Positions 24,533-39,253 of a DNA stretch of 64,000 nt are shown one piece after another; position 1 is the stretch's first letter; every line of letters starts with the position of its first letter. The stretch is from the NCBI GenBank assembly GCA_001179505.1, contig CDMY01000802.1, forward strand, positions 124,001 through 188,000, read 5' to 3'. The notes under the pieces were generated by a model, which was not told where the DNA came from, ran no database searches, and saw only the letters and a list, made by a program, of their open reading frames with translations. Made by a program: the position numbers and the translations under genes. The DNA is from Vitrella brassicaformis CCMP3155. Lineage: Eukaryota > Protista > Chromerida.

Positions 24533-26923
24533 TCACTGCCCCACCACGTGCAGGACCTCTATCTCATCCGCCATGAAGACCAGAGACCCACCCAACAGAG
24601 CATCGCCTGAACCATCCCTCTCTCCCGTGTAGCCCTCAGGCACACTGCTGCGGTGGGTCCACTGATGGCAGCTGCGGATGTCGGCAGCAGGCTGGTCACT
24701 GCCATGGCCACCAAAGCCCAGACGCAGATGCCCACCGATGAACACATTTGCGCCCCCCACACCACCCACACTCCCCTCCCTCCCCGCCACATCCACATAC
24801 TGCCTCTCTCGGTCGATGTCAATCTTGGTCGGCTTGTCGAAGTGGCCGGCCAGTGAGAAATACCACACATCACAGACGTATCTGCGGCTCTTGGTGGGGT
24901 CGTCGGGCAGCTGCAGGCCGGCAATGATGAAGGCACCGAACAGATATGTGCCCTTGCGGATGATGAACACCAGGCCGGACTTGTCGCCCACACAACGAAG
25001 CAAATCGCCATACGTGGAGCCGTCACGCGATGACCTGATGCACACACACACACACACACACTTACGCCTCTGTTTTGACGTGAGAGTCAGTCCAACGCTG
25101 CCTACTTGTAGATGACACTGAGGCCCCCGCCCAGCCACTCGAACAGGGCCGGGTCATCATCATGCGACCATGACTGCAATCGACATGCACACAACAGCGA
25201 AATCCATGACATGGCCAGTCTGCAGAGCGACGTGTACCAGCAGGGGGCGCATTTCTTTGCGGATGGCTTCGGACGACTGCATACACGAAGACTGGTGCAC
25301 TCTGTCTGCGTATCTGAGCGTGTCCGCATGTGTGTGTGTGTGTGTATGTATGTCATGTGACCTCGTCTATCTTCTTCTGTGCGGCTGCCTGGTTGGATTT
25401 GATGAGCGCCTGCTGCTCCTGTAACTGAACACACACAGGAGGGAGATAGGACCTGGGTGTGCCTTTCGCCCATGTCCATCTGACCTGGGTGGTGTGTTGC
25501 TGCAAATCGGTGTCCACGTGCGCCCGCAGCTGCACACAGTGAGACAGCAGGAGGGAGTGTATCTCGCCTGACCCAAGCGTGTGTGTGTGGGATGTCACTT
25601 GCCTGCTCGATCGATGTGTCGGTGGCTGCCTTCAGCGCACGTATCTCTGCTGCCTGCATGAGACCATTCAAACACACACATACACACACACACACAAGTA
25701 CGTATGCGCCTCAAGCATTCAGCTGCGTGGCATAAGTACCTGTGTATTGACTTTGGCGTGGAGCGCCTGTATCTGGGCTGCCTGCGGGCACTCCACACAC
25801 ACACACACACACACACACACATGACAGGAACGAAGGCGATGCTCATTGGATCAGACCTGTGCGCGCAATTCCCTGCGGCTGGCCGTACTCAGCTGTACAA
25901 AAATATCGGGGCGCCAGAGAAACGAAGAGTGCACGTTTTTTTCTTCGTCTGAGTGTGTGCATGTTTGTCATGTCACCTCGTCTGTGTTCTTCTGTGCGGT
26001 TGTCTGGCTTGATTCGATGAGCGTCTGCTGCTCCTGAAGCTGAACACACACAGCAGAGAGAAAGGGCATTTGCGTTTATGTCGATCTGTGTCTTCCGGCC
26101 ATGTCGATCTGACCTGAGTGGCGTGTTGCTGCAAATTGGTGTCCACGTGTGTGCGCAGCTGCACCAAGGCAAAGGACCCATGACCCGATGGTGGTGTTGA
26201 GTGCACATAATGTGGCTTGCCTGCTCGATTGACGCATTGGTGGTGTCTTTCAGCGACTGTATCTCGCTCTGCGCCTCCTTGCGGATGACGTCACACAAGT
26301 GCACAGACAGAGCACAGACAGAGAGATGAAGAATGCACATCTTGGCGGTTTGTTCGCTTACCTCTTGTGTGTCCTTCTTTGCCGCCGCCCTGTTGTCATC
26401 GATGGCCTGCTCGAGACGTAAAGCCTTGCCGACCAACTCAGTGTGGTTGGACACGATGAAGGCTCTCTGCTCCTGTAGCTGTCACACAGCAGGACAGCCA
26501 GCCACGTGTGCCCCATTGCATATGTTTTTCTGTCTTTCTGATTTTACCTGAGCGGACGTCTGCTGCCATATCGCCTCCTTGATGGCGGCTATCTTGTCCT
26601 CGATGGTCTGCAACAGCGCCGCCTCCTGGCGCATGGTCGCCATTGTGGACTCCGTGTTGGCTCGCAGCTGCACAGAGAAAGACAGCAAGAGCGGGTCCAT
26701 CACTTAGCCACTGGATGGACCCAGAGAGTGTGTATGTGGGTGTCCCTTGCCTGCTCGGTTGCCGCATTGATGGCCGCCCGGTCGGCTGCGCTGCTCTCCT
26801 TCAGCGCCTGGATCTCTGCCGCCTGCGATCCACCATTCAAGTAGATGGCAAGTTGGACACTGTCTGTGTGTGTGCTCACACCTGTGTGTCACTTTGGGCT
26901 TGAAGTCCCTGTATCTGGGTTGC

Positions 26924-26954
<31 letters not shown>

Positions 26955-27338
26955 CCACACATCAGTGTTACAAGTGAACGACAGTGTCAAGTCCTCCAGC
27001 CAACACACCTGTGTGGCGACTTGAGCCTTCAGCTGTCGATTCTGGACAAGGAGAGAGATGGCCACAGTGACATAGCAGACAAATCTGTGTGCCGGAGCAA
27101 ATCCATCACTCACCTCCTCTGCGTTCTTCTCCGATGTCTGTTCGAGACGAGCCACTACTTCGATGGCCGCTCTGGCTGCCTCCTCAGCTTGCGCAATCTG
27201 ATCTCCCGCCTCCTCGAGCGTCATGACGCGCAGTGAAGACGGTGCAAGAGCGCACATGGCGCGAATGAGAGGGGCACGGCAATCGCCTTCAGTCATGGAC
27301 GATGGTGCTGGTGCCGCTTGATGCTCGGCGGTGGTCAT
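24533..27338 (-). CDS. TLDc-domain protein, paralogue C (no TM, long multi-exon coiled coil)
   Basis: Starts MTTAEHQ...RVMTLEEAGDQIAQAEE, then repeated coiled-coil exons, then LFEWLGGGLSVIYK|SSRDGSTYGDLLRCVGDK...FMADEIEVLHVVGQ*. Confidence 0.82.
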
Positions 27339-27692
27339 TGGGATCTCTCACCCGCAGCACGGAACACACAGACAGAGAGGGGTCGTGTCTGTGTTCCTGA
27401 CTCATTCCTCGTGCTTACCCTAGTGCTTTCCTGTCTGCTGGGCGCTCTGCACGCCTCGCGGTGCCTCAGATCTGCCCACCTCGAGATCTGCACATGCGAG
27501 CTCAAAGTGAAGATCGCGTTGCCACGATCACGTCATTTCTTCCATTGGGTGGCTGAATGATGGTGTCGGAGGCCATACGGTGGCCTGTGCAGCTCATCCT
27601 TTGGATGCGACTGCATTGTAAGCCGTAAAAGCCGTCCTGGCCACTTGCCGGCGGCCAGCAAAGAGCAGCAGCGTCAGCGCGGCTCTCAAAGG

Positions 27693-29420
27693 ATGCCATC
27701 GGCCCTCTTCCCCGCCCTGCTATGGCTCTTTCTTCCCATTGCGTCATCACGGCACCTCGACAACCCCACAGACCCGCTGCCCTCCTCCAACACGCCGCGG
27801 TTCATTCTGTATCGCATCTACGGCAATGATCTCCCGCCGATGCAGTCGTTCGGCCAGAACGCCGCCAACCTGGCATTCATTTTGGCGAGCGAGGCGGCTC
27901 TGCCGGACTGCGAGAAGCGGTGGCTGGTCAACAGGATCGTCATTCAGACGGAGAGGGACAAGATCATGGCTTTGTTTCGACAGCATGGGGTCAGTGAGAA
28001 GGCGGTCATTGAGCGGCGGCTCGACTGGGAAGAGGCGGCTGATGACGGTGGCGAGATGGTGCTGTTGGATGTGGGCGTGGGTGAGGGGCATCGGCACCGC
28101 GGTGTGCCTTTGGAGAAGCATCTGCGGATGTTCAACCACATAGTGCAGCTAAACCAGGCGAGGAATGTCGTCCTGCAGGAAGGCAGAGAGCTCCTAGAGG
28201 TACGTACGAACACGGATGGATGGATGGATGGATGGATGATGAATGAACGACACCCAAGGCGGATTTTGTCTCTTTGTCAGCATTCGTCTGGCCGGTGGGT
28301 GTTGGTGTTTGACGGCGGGCTGTTTGTCACTCTGCCCATGTGGAATGAGATCGTCAAACTCGCTGACCTCGCACAACAGACAGAAGGTGGGCAGAGAGAA
28401 CCAACACATCCGTCGATACACAGTCTCCTTTCCTCCCCCTCAATGTGTGTCTCGTGTGTCTGTCAGGCGGCGGCTATCCGTTTCTCCACATCCCAATGTA
28501 TCGACTCAACGAGCCGCAGAGCCCCGACTGGCTCAACGCACAGACCGACTTTGTGTCGGTCGAGACAAGAGTCACACCCAACGATAACGTAAGCTAACGA
28601 TGCCTACTTACAATCGGCGTCCATCCACATGTGTCTGTGTGTGTGTGCATTTGTGTGCGTTGGTCGGTCAGCGTGGCGTGTACAGCAGCGAGCGGTTCCT
28701 GGAGGGCTCTCTGGCCTTCCACGCCGACACACACTCACTATTCGACGTCAACAAGGGCTACAACGACCGCAGCAAAATGGAGCTCATTCACGAGCAAGTA
28801 AACAGATAGCAAGGGAGAAAGGGGGCCGTCTGTGTGTGGACGGATGTCTCCCTCTCTCTCTTTCGAATTGGTTGCAGTCTGCATTGCAATGATGAGACGG
28901 CCTCCCTGCTGATATCTCGCGGCATGATGCGCCGCCCGGGGTACCCATGCATCACGGGCGGCGCCATCGTGCGGCTTTACAACTTCCCAACCGTCACATT
29001 CAAGAACGATGGACCCATGAGATTGTGAGCAGACCGACAAGCAGCACACACGTCTCTCTCCCGCTCTCGTGCATATGTCAGTTGTGTTAGCATTTTGTCG
29101 ATGGAGCGGTTCTTGCATCATCTGCCGCCAGCGGCCAAGGAGGCCCTCGAGGCCATGGAGAGGGAGAGACATCAGACCAGAACGAGACGAGTCTCGAGAA
29201 TATTCGGACTGCCACATGCGGACGTAAGCGCAAGTGCATGTCACGTGTGTACGTATCCGTGCATGAATACGGCGGCTCTCTGTGTGTTCGTGTGCAGGTG
29301 ATAGATGACGACATCAGGTCAGTCGAGTGGTGCCACGCGTATGAGCAGTTCATTGTGGACCGTCTGCGGCGTCTGCCGGTCAAGCCGCCCCCATACATAC
29401 CCGTCGATACGTCAGACTAG
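27693..29420 (+). CDS. Signal-peptide/anchor protein of an uncharacterised, probably GT-A-fold glycosyltransferase-like family
   Basis: MPSALFPALLWLFLPIASS; conserved block FILYRIYGNDLPP...GQNAANLAFILASEAALPDCEKRWLVNRI; QLNQARN; WVLVFDGGLF. Several GT-AG introns. The function is inferred. Confidence 0.6.
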
Positions 29421-30444
29421 TAGGGCATGTTTGTATGCATGCGTGTCGTATCGTGCGGCCCTTCCAGCTTTCTGATGGAGGCTGCGTGTGCTGTATTCAT
29501 GATCAATTGTATGTTTGCACGTTGCGTGTACGGATGTGTGTGCAGACGCAAACAGTGCGATTCACTGGAGAAACGGAAAAGTCGCCACGATCGACACGTC
29601 AGTGCCGATCGACCTCTGCTACCAGATCATATCAACAGACAGAGTACCGCTCTACACAATATATATCAACAACGTGAGAAGAGACGGAAAAGTGTAGTCA
29701 TCTTATGCGCCAGAGCACGTGTGACGACACACGTACACACACACACACACAGAACGGCAGACAGATAGACAGACAGACAGAGCCTCACTCATGATCAGTG
29801 TCTCGCAACAAGGGACGAATAGATATCTGTTCAGAGATTAGCAAGTACTGGTCATGTCATGTCATGAATCAAAAGCAATCGATCAAAAGGCGTCTACGAA
29901 GCCGGCCAGCTCTACGAGCACCACCGTGCATGGCCCCCTGTGCAGGGCTGGTGGCCGATTTCGTCTTGCCCTCATTCTGCTGCTGCATGTTTCGATCTAG
30001 TTGCGGCGATCTATATCTGTATTGGGGGTCGTCTACACAGACAGAAGGAGGACGAGTGATTGGGCGGGAAAGAGGGTGGGTGGGTGAGTGGGTTGGTAAT
30101 CTTTGGGGATGCTGTGTACAAGACAAGGATTGGCAGATGGCTGTCTATAGGTCGCACATTGGATGAACACATGAATACCTGCTATTGATGTGTTCATCCA
30201 GCAGACAATAATGCAATCACGTCAGATTCGATGCATATTGATGGCGTCTCACACGTATACAATACCTCGGAAGCGTCCATGGATACCCACACACACACAG
30301 ACAGTACGGACATCAAGTGCAGCGACTAAAGACATGTACACGGCCCTCTACAGCATGAGTTCCCTGCTACTTTGCACTTGCTTGATCCAGCTGGATGAAT
30401 GAGAGAGACACGAAAACGACTACAAATGATGTGTTTTTCCCGCG

Positions 30445-33400
30445 CTAAGAGTGGTTGGCAGAATACGTCGACGGGCTTCTGGCATATGCTGTCGAAGACA
30501 TGCATGACGAGCACTGAGCTGAATGCACTTTACGTGTGCACATCGGCTGGTGAGAGTCTGTTGTATGCCGTCTGTATAGGTGTCGGCCAAGACGCCCAGA
30601 TTCGATGCTCTAGAAATGAAAGGATACATCAGCACGGGCAGAGAAAGGTCATGTCATGTGTTCATTGGTACCAGCGCCAATCGTTCCTCCATCCGGATTT
30701 GCCGCTTGCTGATGTCTTGCAGCACTGACACACGGGAGAGGAGACACATGGATGAAGGTAGCCACGAAGTGATCTTCCTCACCTGACTCATTCTTCTGAA
30801 TCTGATCCTTGAGTTGATTAAGTGCTGCCATACAAACAGAAGAGTTACAGCCTGCACAGGTACCGTGTTTGTGTCTCACCTGCGATGACGTCAGGAAAGG
30901 ATAAATTGTGATGGTCTGCGGCCTCAATCCACCTGTGGATGTTCCCGTTGAATGTCTTGCGTGCTTCACGCCTTGTCCTCGTCGCACTTCTCTCATAAGA
31001 GAGCAACAGCGACGGAAGCTTTGGGAACGATGTTTGTGACCGAGGCAATGGGACACTTTGTCTCCGAGACGTCCCATCGATGGTATCATCAGATTCCTTG
31101 AACACACACGAACACACACGAACACACACACATCCCACAGAATGATGGATCACACTCTTTCGCATTCACTTGTGATGTGCAGAAGCCTCTCAGACTGTCG
31201 TAGAGTATGGACAAAGGCGCAAGGGGATAGAGGACGACAGAGAGAGCCTCTAAATAGTGTCCCCGCCGCATCGCCTGCAGAAAGTCCTCCAGCCCACGAT
31301 AGATGGCGGCTGGTATGAAGGCGATGGCAAAGAGAATGGCGTCAACCGTGGAGTACACGGCTTTGCTCGACCAGAAGACCATGCGCCAGAGTGTCGACTG
31401 CTGCCGCCGTTGTTCACTCATTAGAGACGAGACGTATCGTAAGGGCACGGATATCACCACAGCTGCAAAGACAGACGCACAGTCATGCTCACATTTCGAT
31501 GGATGACTCAGGATGAGATAATTTTCTCACTGACCGATGAGGTTGAACGGTGGCGCATGCCGCTCGTGCTGAGACACAGTGAGATACTCATTCAACACGC
31601 GAATGCGCAGCAACCTGAATGGGCAAAAGTATATTATTATGCATCGATTTTCATTCCCTCTGCTTCTTCTCGACTGGTATTGCGCGTTTTGTGTCGCTTC
31701 GATCGCCGAATACGTTGACGCCATGATGGCGATAAGCAGATTGAGCTATCCGAGCAACAACACAAGAAATGCATGTGTGACATTCCATGGATATGGTCCA
31801 GTGGCTCACAAGTATGATGGATGACAGTACGGCATAGATGAGGAGCAGCACGGTGCCCAGCGTGTCTTGGGACTCGATGGCATTGTTCAGTGCGTTGTCG
31901 AAGTCGCCAAAGCCGACATAGAAGCTGCAGAGTGAAGAGCACCATGTCATGGCCGCGCACTGTCTTCTCATGCGCTCACATACATACAAGTTGAGTGTGG
32001 CTTGGCCATAGGTGCCGAAGAACTCATGGTCTTCGTTGTAGGAGAACAGAAGAATGGCGGCGAAGACCAGCAGGATGTAGAGGTATAGCAGCAGGAACAT
32101 GCTGATGTCGGACAGCATTCTCAGCACAGCACTGATTGGTCAGACATGCCGCACAGATGATATGCTGCTGCGAAGCATGGCTCTGTGTCGCCATGGCTGT
32201 GCTCACAGAATTTGTGGCCCCACAGTGGGATGCAGGCTAGCTGTCTGGAGGATGCGCAGGGCGAAAAGCAGGGCAATCAGAACACCTGCCTTGACTTTCA
32301 TGGCATCCGACCACCCCGTGAAGTGGGTGATGATGAAGGCGATGATGGTGAGGGAACTCACCGAGTCAATATAGTTCCTGCCCCACAGCAAAGCAAGGAG
32401 CCACCAGCACACCTGGCTTTGTGTATTTGGGGCTTACCATGAGTCCGCCCAGTACGATGTCCCAAGGCGAATGCACTGCAGACGAACAAGAAGAGAGCAT
32501 GCATATAGATGCGGTGTGCCTCGTTTCTTCCTCACCTGAGAAATCTCCTGCAGAATGAATCCAATGCCAGTCATTACGGTGCTCCACAGCCACACAGACT
32601 GCCCCATACATGAAAACTTGGCGTCGTCATTTCCTTTGAGCTCCTCTATGTGAAGAAGCACAAAGGTGACCCTGCGGCACAATGCAGCAAAAAAAGAAAA
32701 GAAATGACCAATACGCGACTTTCTGGCCACTGCAGCAGTACATCATAAGCATCGACAGCACGCGGCTGATGAACACGTCACGCGGCGAGATGTTGGCGCT
32801 GCCGTTCTTGTATGTCTCTTGCCAATGGTCTTCACGAGATAGACACACAAGGAGTTCGCGAAATGTCTTGTATGTCTCTTGTATTCTTCTTACATGTGAC
32901 AAAGGAAATGGAGTTCGCTGTCGCAGTCATTCGCAGAAGAAAATAACAGACATGGACAAGGTAGCAGATTCGGATACATGATCCGATTCACCTTGCGTGA
33001 CTACTTGTAGCGGTTCTGCAGCCTCAAGCAGTGTAAGCCATTCTTTCCCCTTGCCGGCAAGACTTTCGCGGAAGTCATTCTCTGATGTATCGGTGCAGAA
33101 GCCGGCTGCAAATGCCTGAGAGCCACACGAATGGATCGATGCAGAATCAAAGGATGCTGGTTCTCCCTGTTCACCTCCAGCCATTCCGCTAACTTCGAAA
33201 GATCATCGCTGAGGGAATCCTGCTGTCGAGACTGCATCAGCTGACGAAAGACGGAACAAGACCGAAGACTGTCGATGCCAGGCGACTCCGATCGATCCCT
33301 CAGGAAGCCACGCATAAATGGAACCACTTCTTGAAGGACCTGAGGCTTTAACAGCTGATCGAGCTGCTCGCTACTCGTCTCCAGAAGCTCTATGACCATG

Positions 33401-34567
33401 TGTCCAGCCACGCCAACCATCACAGTGAGAACCTTCGCCGAGAAGAAGACTACACCGACCATCCCAGCCGCAATCAGAGCACGATCAAAAGCCGTCTCTC
33501 CGTCCTGTCACAGATGAGCGGCAGTGATTTGAGATGTGCATGTAGTCAGTGTAGCCCACATTGTTCTTGGTCTTCAGCAGCTGTGGATACAGTTTCAATA
33601 TCCACTCCACGACATCAGCGTGGCCCTCGTCTGTGAGAGGTCGACAAGAGACGTCTTTGAGAGATCAATACTTCTGTATTATTGTCCATTTGCAAGATGA
33701 CTTACCGGCTGCATAATGGAGCGCAGTGTAGCCGTTCTGAATCAGGCAGAAAGACCTTAGTATTTCTGATGCATCAGTGGAGAGACACAACTTTCACCTC
33801 GTCTTGATATTTCAGCAGGTCCGACCCGCCCCAATCGACAAACTTCTCCACAAGATAAAGCTCATCCTTCTCGGCCACGACGTGAAGAGGCGTCCTGCCC
33901 CTCTGAGAGACACAGAGCACACAGACACATACAACACACATACAACACAGATACACACCAGGGACTTGTCGGCTATGTCGATTACGATGCATCTTACTTA
34001 CCGCATCTTTGACAGAGAGCAGATGTCGTCGGTCCTGCAGCAGCGTCTCAAAGACTTCCGCATCACGACAAGTGCCTAAGAAACACCCCAAGCAGTGCTG
34101 GCAAGCACCCCAACACCTGATACGCAGGTGCAGTACCTACCTGCAGCATAATGGATGGCCGAATGATGGCCGCACCAGTCTCCGCTCTTCAGCGTTATTT
34201 CGACATGCTCAGGCTTCATCCCCATGAACATGTTCTCCAGGCCTTCTGCATCTCCTTTGTCGATGGCCTCCTTGATGCTATCTCTAAAATCATTTGTTGT
34301 CAAGACAGCGGATCTGTGTACCATCTGCAAACAGAAAGAGTCCTCCACTCCAAGCGTGTTTGGTAACTGCCCTTCTAGAAGGTTCACCTGCCGGGGTGAG
34401 TATATTATCGTTCGCAGAGCAGGTGGCAGCTCCCCCTTGACGTCATCCAGGGATTCAGCCTGCTCTATCGGCGGTGGCTTTGTTTGCCGGTCGGCTTCTC
34501 GCAGATGGACAAGGTCTTCACTCGACCCCGAATCGGACTCAGCCGGATACACATCCGCCCTCTGCAT
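30445..34567 (-). CDS. Ankyrin-repeat cation channel of the TRP-like / 6TM ion-transport fold
   Basis: Ankyrin motifs HSAIHYAAG and GRTPLHVVAEKDELYLVEKFV. TM/pore exons: RNYIDSVSS...LLFALRILQTASLHPTVGPQIL, LRMLSDISMFLLLYLYILLVFA, FYVGFGDF, LLIAIMASTYSAIE. The 3' end is approximate. Confidence 0.78.
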
Positions 34568-34811
34568 TTCAGAGAATTACCCAGCTTTCAGTGCCTAAGG
34601 CTTCAAGTTGCAGTGGGCATCATCGCTGACCCTGGGATCATCCGTCTGTCCGTGGAGGAGCGTTGGCGGCCTCGGTATTGCCTTAGCGGCTATGGGCATC
34701 TTACAGACTCGCTACCGTGACGACAAGAGCAGAGGAGTCGCTTTTTTCGGCTTCTGCGAGCTTCCCCCAGTAACCCCCAGTCTGCATGCGCCCCAAGCCC
34801 TGCGACCAACC

Positions 34812-36811
34812 ATGCAATGGGATCCCGAAGACAGCATCGTGCCCTTATCACCACCTATAGCATCGCGAGCAGTATCGGCCAGATACGAAGGAGAGGAAGA
34901 AGAACGGGCGCCGCTACTCAAACCCGAAGCCCTAAAGGAGAGGGAGGAGAGCCTGGAGCGGACGTTTGCCCTCCTTGGCGTCGGTGTGGCCCTGAGCGGA
35001 TGTGCAGACCAGCTGCTTCCCGCCTCATACAAAGCGCTGGTATGCATTGTGTGTGCATCTGCACTGACAACTGCGCCTTGCGCTCTCTCATTCAGGAAAG
35101 TGACCTGCATTTCAGCCCTCAATACTTGGGGTTGATCACTCTATGCGAGACCCTCGCCTTCGCCCTCACATCGCCCGTCTGGGGCAGGACAGCAGACGCA
35201 CACTATCCACCCCTGACCGTGCTGTTGCTGGGTTGTCTCATGTGGGGCCTCTCCAGCGGAATGGCTGCAGCGGTGACTAAGAGAAGAGATCAACACATCC
35301 ATCAAAGCACACCGTGGCCCACATGACTTTCTCATAGGTGTCCACATTGGCTCCAATGATGGTGTCTCGTGCCATTCTGGGGGTCGGCCTGGCTGCAGTC
35401 AACCCTGTGGCGCAGTGTGTTGTGGGGGAGTATGCCGAGAAGGAGCTGGGGCGCATGTTTGGTTGGATCCACTTCACTCAAGTGGTGGGGCGGCTGGTCA
35501 GCCAGATATGCACTACTAGCATCTCCAATCGAGTCATTCTCGGCATCTGCGTAAGTAATAAAGATGCCGTGGGTCTCTGTTTGCCGCTTGGATGATGGCC
35601 AACTTTTTTAAAGGGATGGCGCGTCGCTCATTTTGCGGTGGCGATTGTCAGCATTCTGTTTGCCATGTGCCTGCCATTAAACACGTACAAGCCGATGAGT
35701 GAAGAGACACAAGACACTGCTACCACTGCTGGTGCCACGGAGACCACCCACATGAGTGACAGTGCATCGGTCGCCTCTTTATTACTTACGGACCACTGGA
35801 GGGGCTCACTCGCCTTCCTTCGCTACCCCACTGTTCAGATCGTTATCATTCAGGTGAAAGCCCATCCGTTTCGGGACCCTTCAAAAAGACATGTGTCTCT
35901 GTCTTTCTCGTTAGGGTTTCTTTGCTGCCATTTCGCTGTCGGCTGGGAGTTTCTTGATCATGTACTTCCAGGTAATCCCCCGCTGACTGCCTACACGGAT
36001 GGTTGATCGCAATGCATACCATGAAGTGTGTATACTTCCAGTACTGCCAGATTGATGACCTGCACGTGGCCCTGCTCACCGGCGCATCGCTAGCAGCCAC
36101 AGCAATGGCCGGCCCCCTCGGCGGGTATCTCGCTGACGGCCTCAACAGATGGTCACCCAACCATGGACGTCTTTTTCTCGGTGCGCGGAAGGGAGACAGA
36201 CTTGGATGCTCTCTGTCTATCAATCCGTCCGTCCGTTTTGTGTTGCAGGCGAGATTGGGTATTTGCTGAAGATCCCTCTTATCACTTATCTGCTGCTGTG
36301 TCTCCCTCGTGAGAGCAGCTCTGTTCCTTACTTCGCGGCGATTGGCATCGTGATGGGTTTGTCCAGTGGGTGGGCGGGGGTGGTCGTCGTGCGTCCTATT
36401 CTGAGTGAAATCATCTCCAAGGAACAGAGAGCCACTGTGTTCGCATGGGTGAGAGGAACAGCACTCACGAGACACCACACACCATCCATTTGTGTGCATG
36501 GTGTCTCTCTCTGTGCGTGTCTTCATGTGTGCGTCCATCCATTCCTGCAGACGATTGGTGTGGAGGTGTTCGCATCTGCCCTCTTTGGCGCGCCATTGGT
36601 GGGTCGTTTGGCTGAGGATTTCTTCGGCTATCGTTTTTCACCCGAGCTGATCAAGCACATGGACCCCGCACAGAGGAGGGGCAACGCGCAGGCCCTTGCC
36701 CATGCGCTCGTGGCCACCATTGCGCTGCCCTGGTGTTTGGCTGTGGCTGTGTTCTCGCTGTTGCACTTTGCTTATCCGAGAGACAGGGACAGAGAGGGTG
36801 CGGTTAGGTGA
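34812..36811 (+). CDS. Major facilitator superfamily transporter (spinster-like)
   Basis: ADQLLPASYKAL|ESDL...LGLITL...SPVWGRTAD (motif A region); SRAILGVGLA; EKELGRMFGW; GPLGGYLADGLNR; EIISKEQRATVFAW. Multiple TM helices. Confidence 0.88.
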
Positions 36812-37316
36812 TGTGTGTGTGCGTATGTGCATGTGTGTGTGTGTATGGGTGGGTGCATGTTGTGTTTTCAGTCGTCCTTCACGATGACACAGGCCTTTCA
36901 TACACACGCGGAAAACGTCTGTCATGTCGCATACACACACATGGATGCACGGAAGCGACGAATGGCCGGGCAGAAAAACATGCCCGCCCATCCATCCATC
37001 CATCCATTCATCGACCTTGCACTAAGCGGCACCGTCCTTCATTGTTTGTATAAATGCATACAGACAGGGACAAAATCGACCATGCCATGCACACCCAAGG
37101 GATAGACAGATAGTGTCAAAACGGTGCACCGAGCACACAGACAGGAAGGCAGGGTCTCCATCGCAAAAACTCCACGGCATGAATGATGGGCATCGAGAAG
37201 ACCATTGGCTGTACATACAGCAGTGTATGTGTGTCTGTCCATCTGTACATGGCGGCATTGTACTGTCCGTGCGCATACGAAAAGAGAGTGGGAGCACATG
37301 AAAAAGTCGCCCCGGT

Positions 37317-39202
37317 TCACCCGCCGATCTTGATCATGGGCCGATTGAGGTTGGCCTGCTCGGCCAGGAAGTGCATGCCTCCGTGGGCCTTCTTCTTGGC
37401 TTGGACGGCCTCCTTGACCACACCCATTACCTCATCGTCACTGTTGCCGCTGCACAGACAGACACACATACACACACGCACAGAGGGGTGGATGGGTCGC
37501 ACAACATAACTATGTACACACGTGTTGCTGGTGCTGACCTGCGCAGCACGTTGCGTATGTTGAACTCTTCCACGCCGAACAGACAGTTCTTGAGATTGCC
37601 GTCGGCCGTCAACCTACACACGCACCCGCAATTCACACGCCATCCATCCATGCAAAAAGTAACTAGCAGACGCCACATACGTACCGGATTCGGTTGCATG
37701 ACCCGCAGAACATGTCTGACATGGACGAGATGAACCCCACATAGCCGCGGAATCCCGCCACACGATACAGCTGGGCCGTCTCGTTGGGCGACGGGTCATC
37801 CGCCTAAACACACGCACATAGAAAGCATACAAGGTCTCGCGTGTGTGCAGGGATATGTGAATACCCACCCGCGCGAGTGAGGGGAATTCCTTGCGTATTT
37901 TCTTGATCATGCTCTCCTTGGTCACCATGCGCTTGTCCGACCAACCTGCGACGAAACACACACGCGTCATTCGTCCGTGGATGAAGGTGCAGACATTAGT
38001 GTGTCCGGCGATCGGTCAATACCGTTTTTGGTGAATGGCATGTACTCGATGAACCGGATGTGGACGGGCCACTCCTCAGTCAGACGGACAAAGTCACACA
38101 GCTCCTGCACACATACGCACACATCCACACAGAAAGGCGTGGATACAGGCATCAGTATAACAGGTGTCTGCGTGTCTGCGGGCTCATGCGTGCTCACATC
38201 GTCGTTGAATCCCTTCATGACGACACAGTTGATCTTAAGCTGACAGAAGTCGCCCTCAAGCGCCGAATTGATCGACTCCCTGCATCCACATCCATCAGGC
38301 AACACACCCAGTCACGTATATACATGTGTGTGTGTGTATGTGTATTTGTGGACACGTACCAGACTTTCTCGAACCCATTTCGCCTCGCCATGAAAGCGAA
38401 TTTGGCGGGCACGAGTGTGTCGAGGCTGATGTTGATGCAGTTCATCCGCGCCTTCTTGAGGGTATCGATGTGCCGCATCAACGTCACGCCGTTGGTAGTC
38501 ATCTACACACAAGCACGGATGCACGGTCCCAGAGCGATCGCGATGCGTGTGTATAATGTCTGCATGCATCGTGCTCACCGCGAACGTCTTGAGCCCGGGT
38601 ATCTCGCCGAGGCGCATCGCAAGGTCACCGAAATCCTTACGGACGGTCGGCTGCGGAACAGACATGACATACGAGTACGCCCACATCGACCTGAGCCTCG
38701 GCTGTGAGCGTACCTCTCCCCCTGTGAGTCTGATCTTGTCCACTCCCGCTTGAGCAAACATGGACGCGAAACGGACGGTCTGCCGTAAGTTATGGCACAG
38801 TCGACAGATGACATCTCGTGATCGATCTATATATGCGTCTGTAGTTCTCTTTGTACCTCGTGTGCAGTGAGTATTGAGTCGTTTGGCGACAGGTCGATGC
38901 CGTCGGCCGGCATGCAGTACTGGACAGACACAGACAGACAGACATGGGGGTACATATGTGCGCCATCCATCCATCCATCCACCCACCCAGCACCGCTCAC
39001 CTGGCATCTCAGGTTACACCTCTCTGTCAGAGATATCCTGCATCCGACAAACAGAAACCAGACGTTGGCATACACGGACAGGTGTGCACACACGTGTTGC
39101 TGTGGTTGCGATTTGTGTACTACCTGAGGTATGTATGGCTTCTGCCAAAGCGGTCGACCAAGCACTCACGCCAATCTTCACGCACATCCGCCCACAGCTC
39201 AC

Positions 39203-39253
<51 letters not shown>

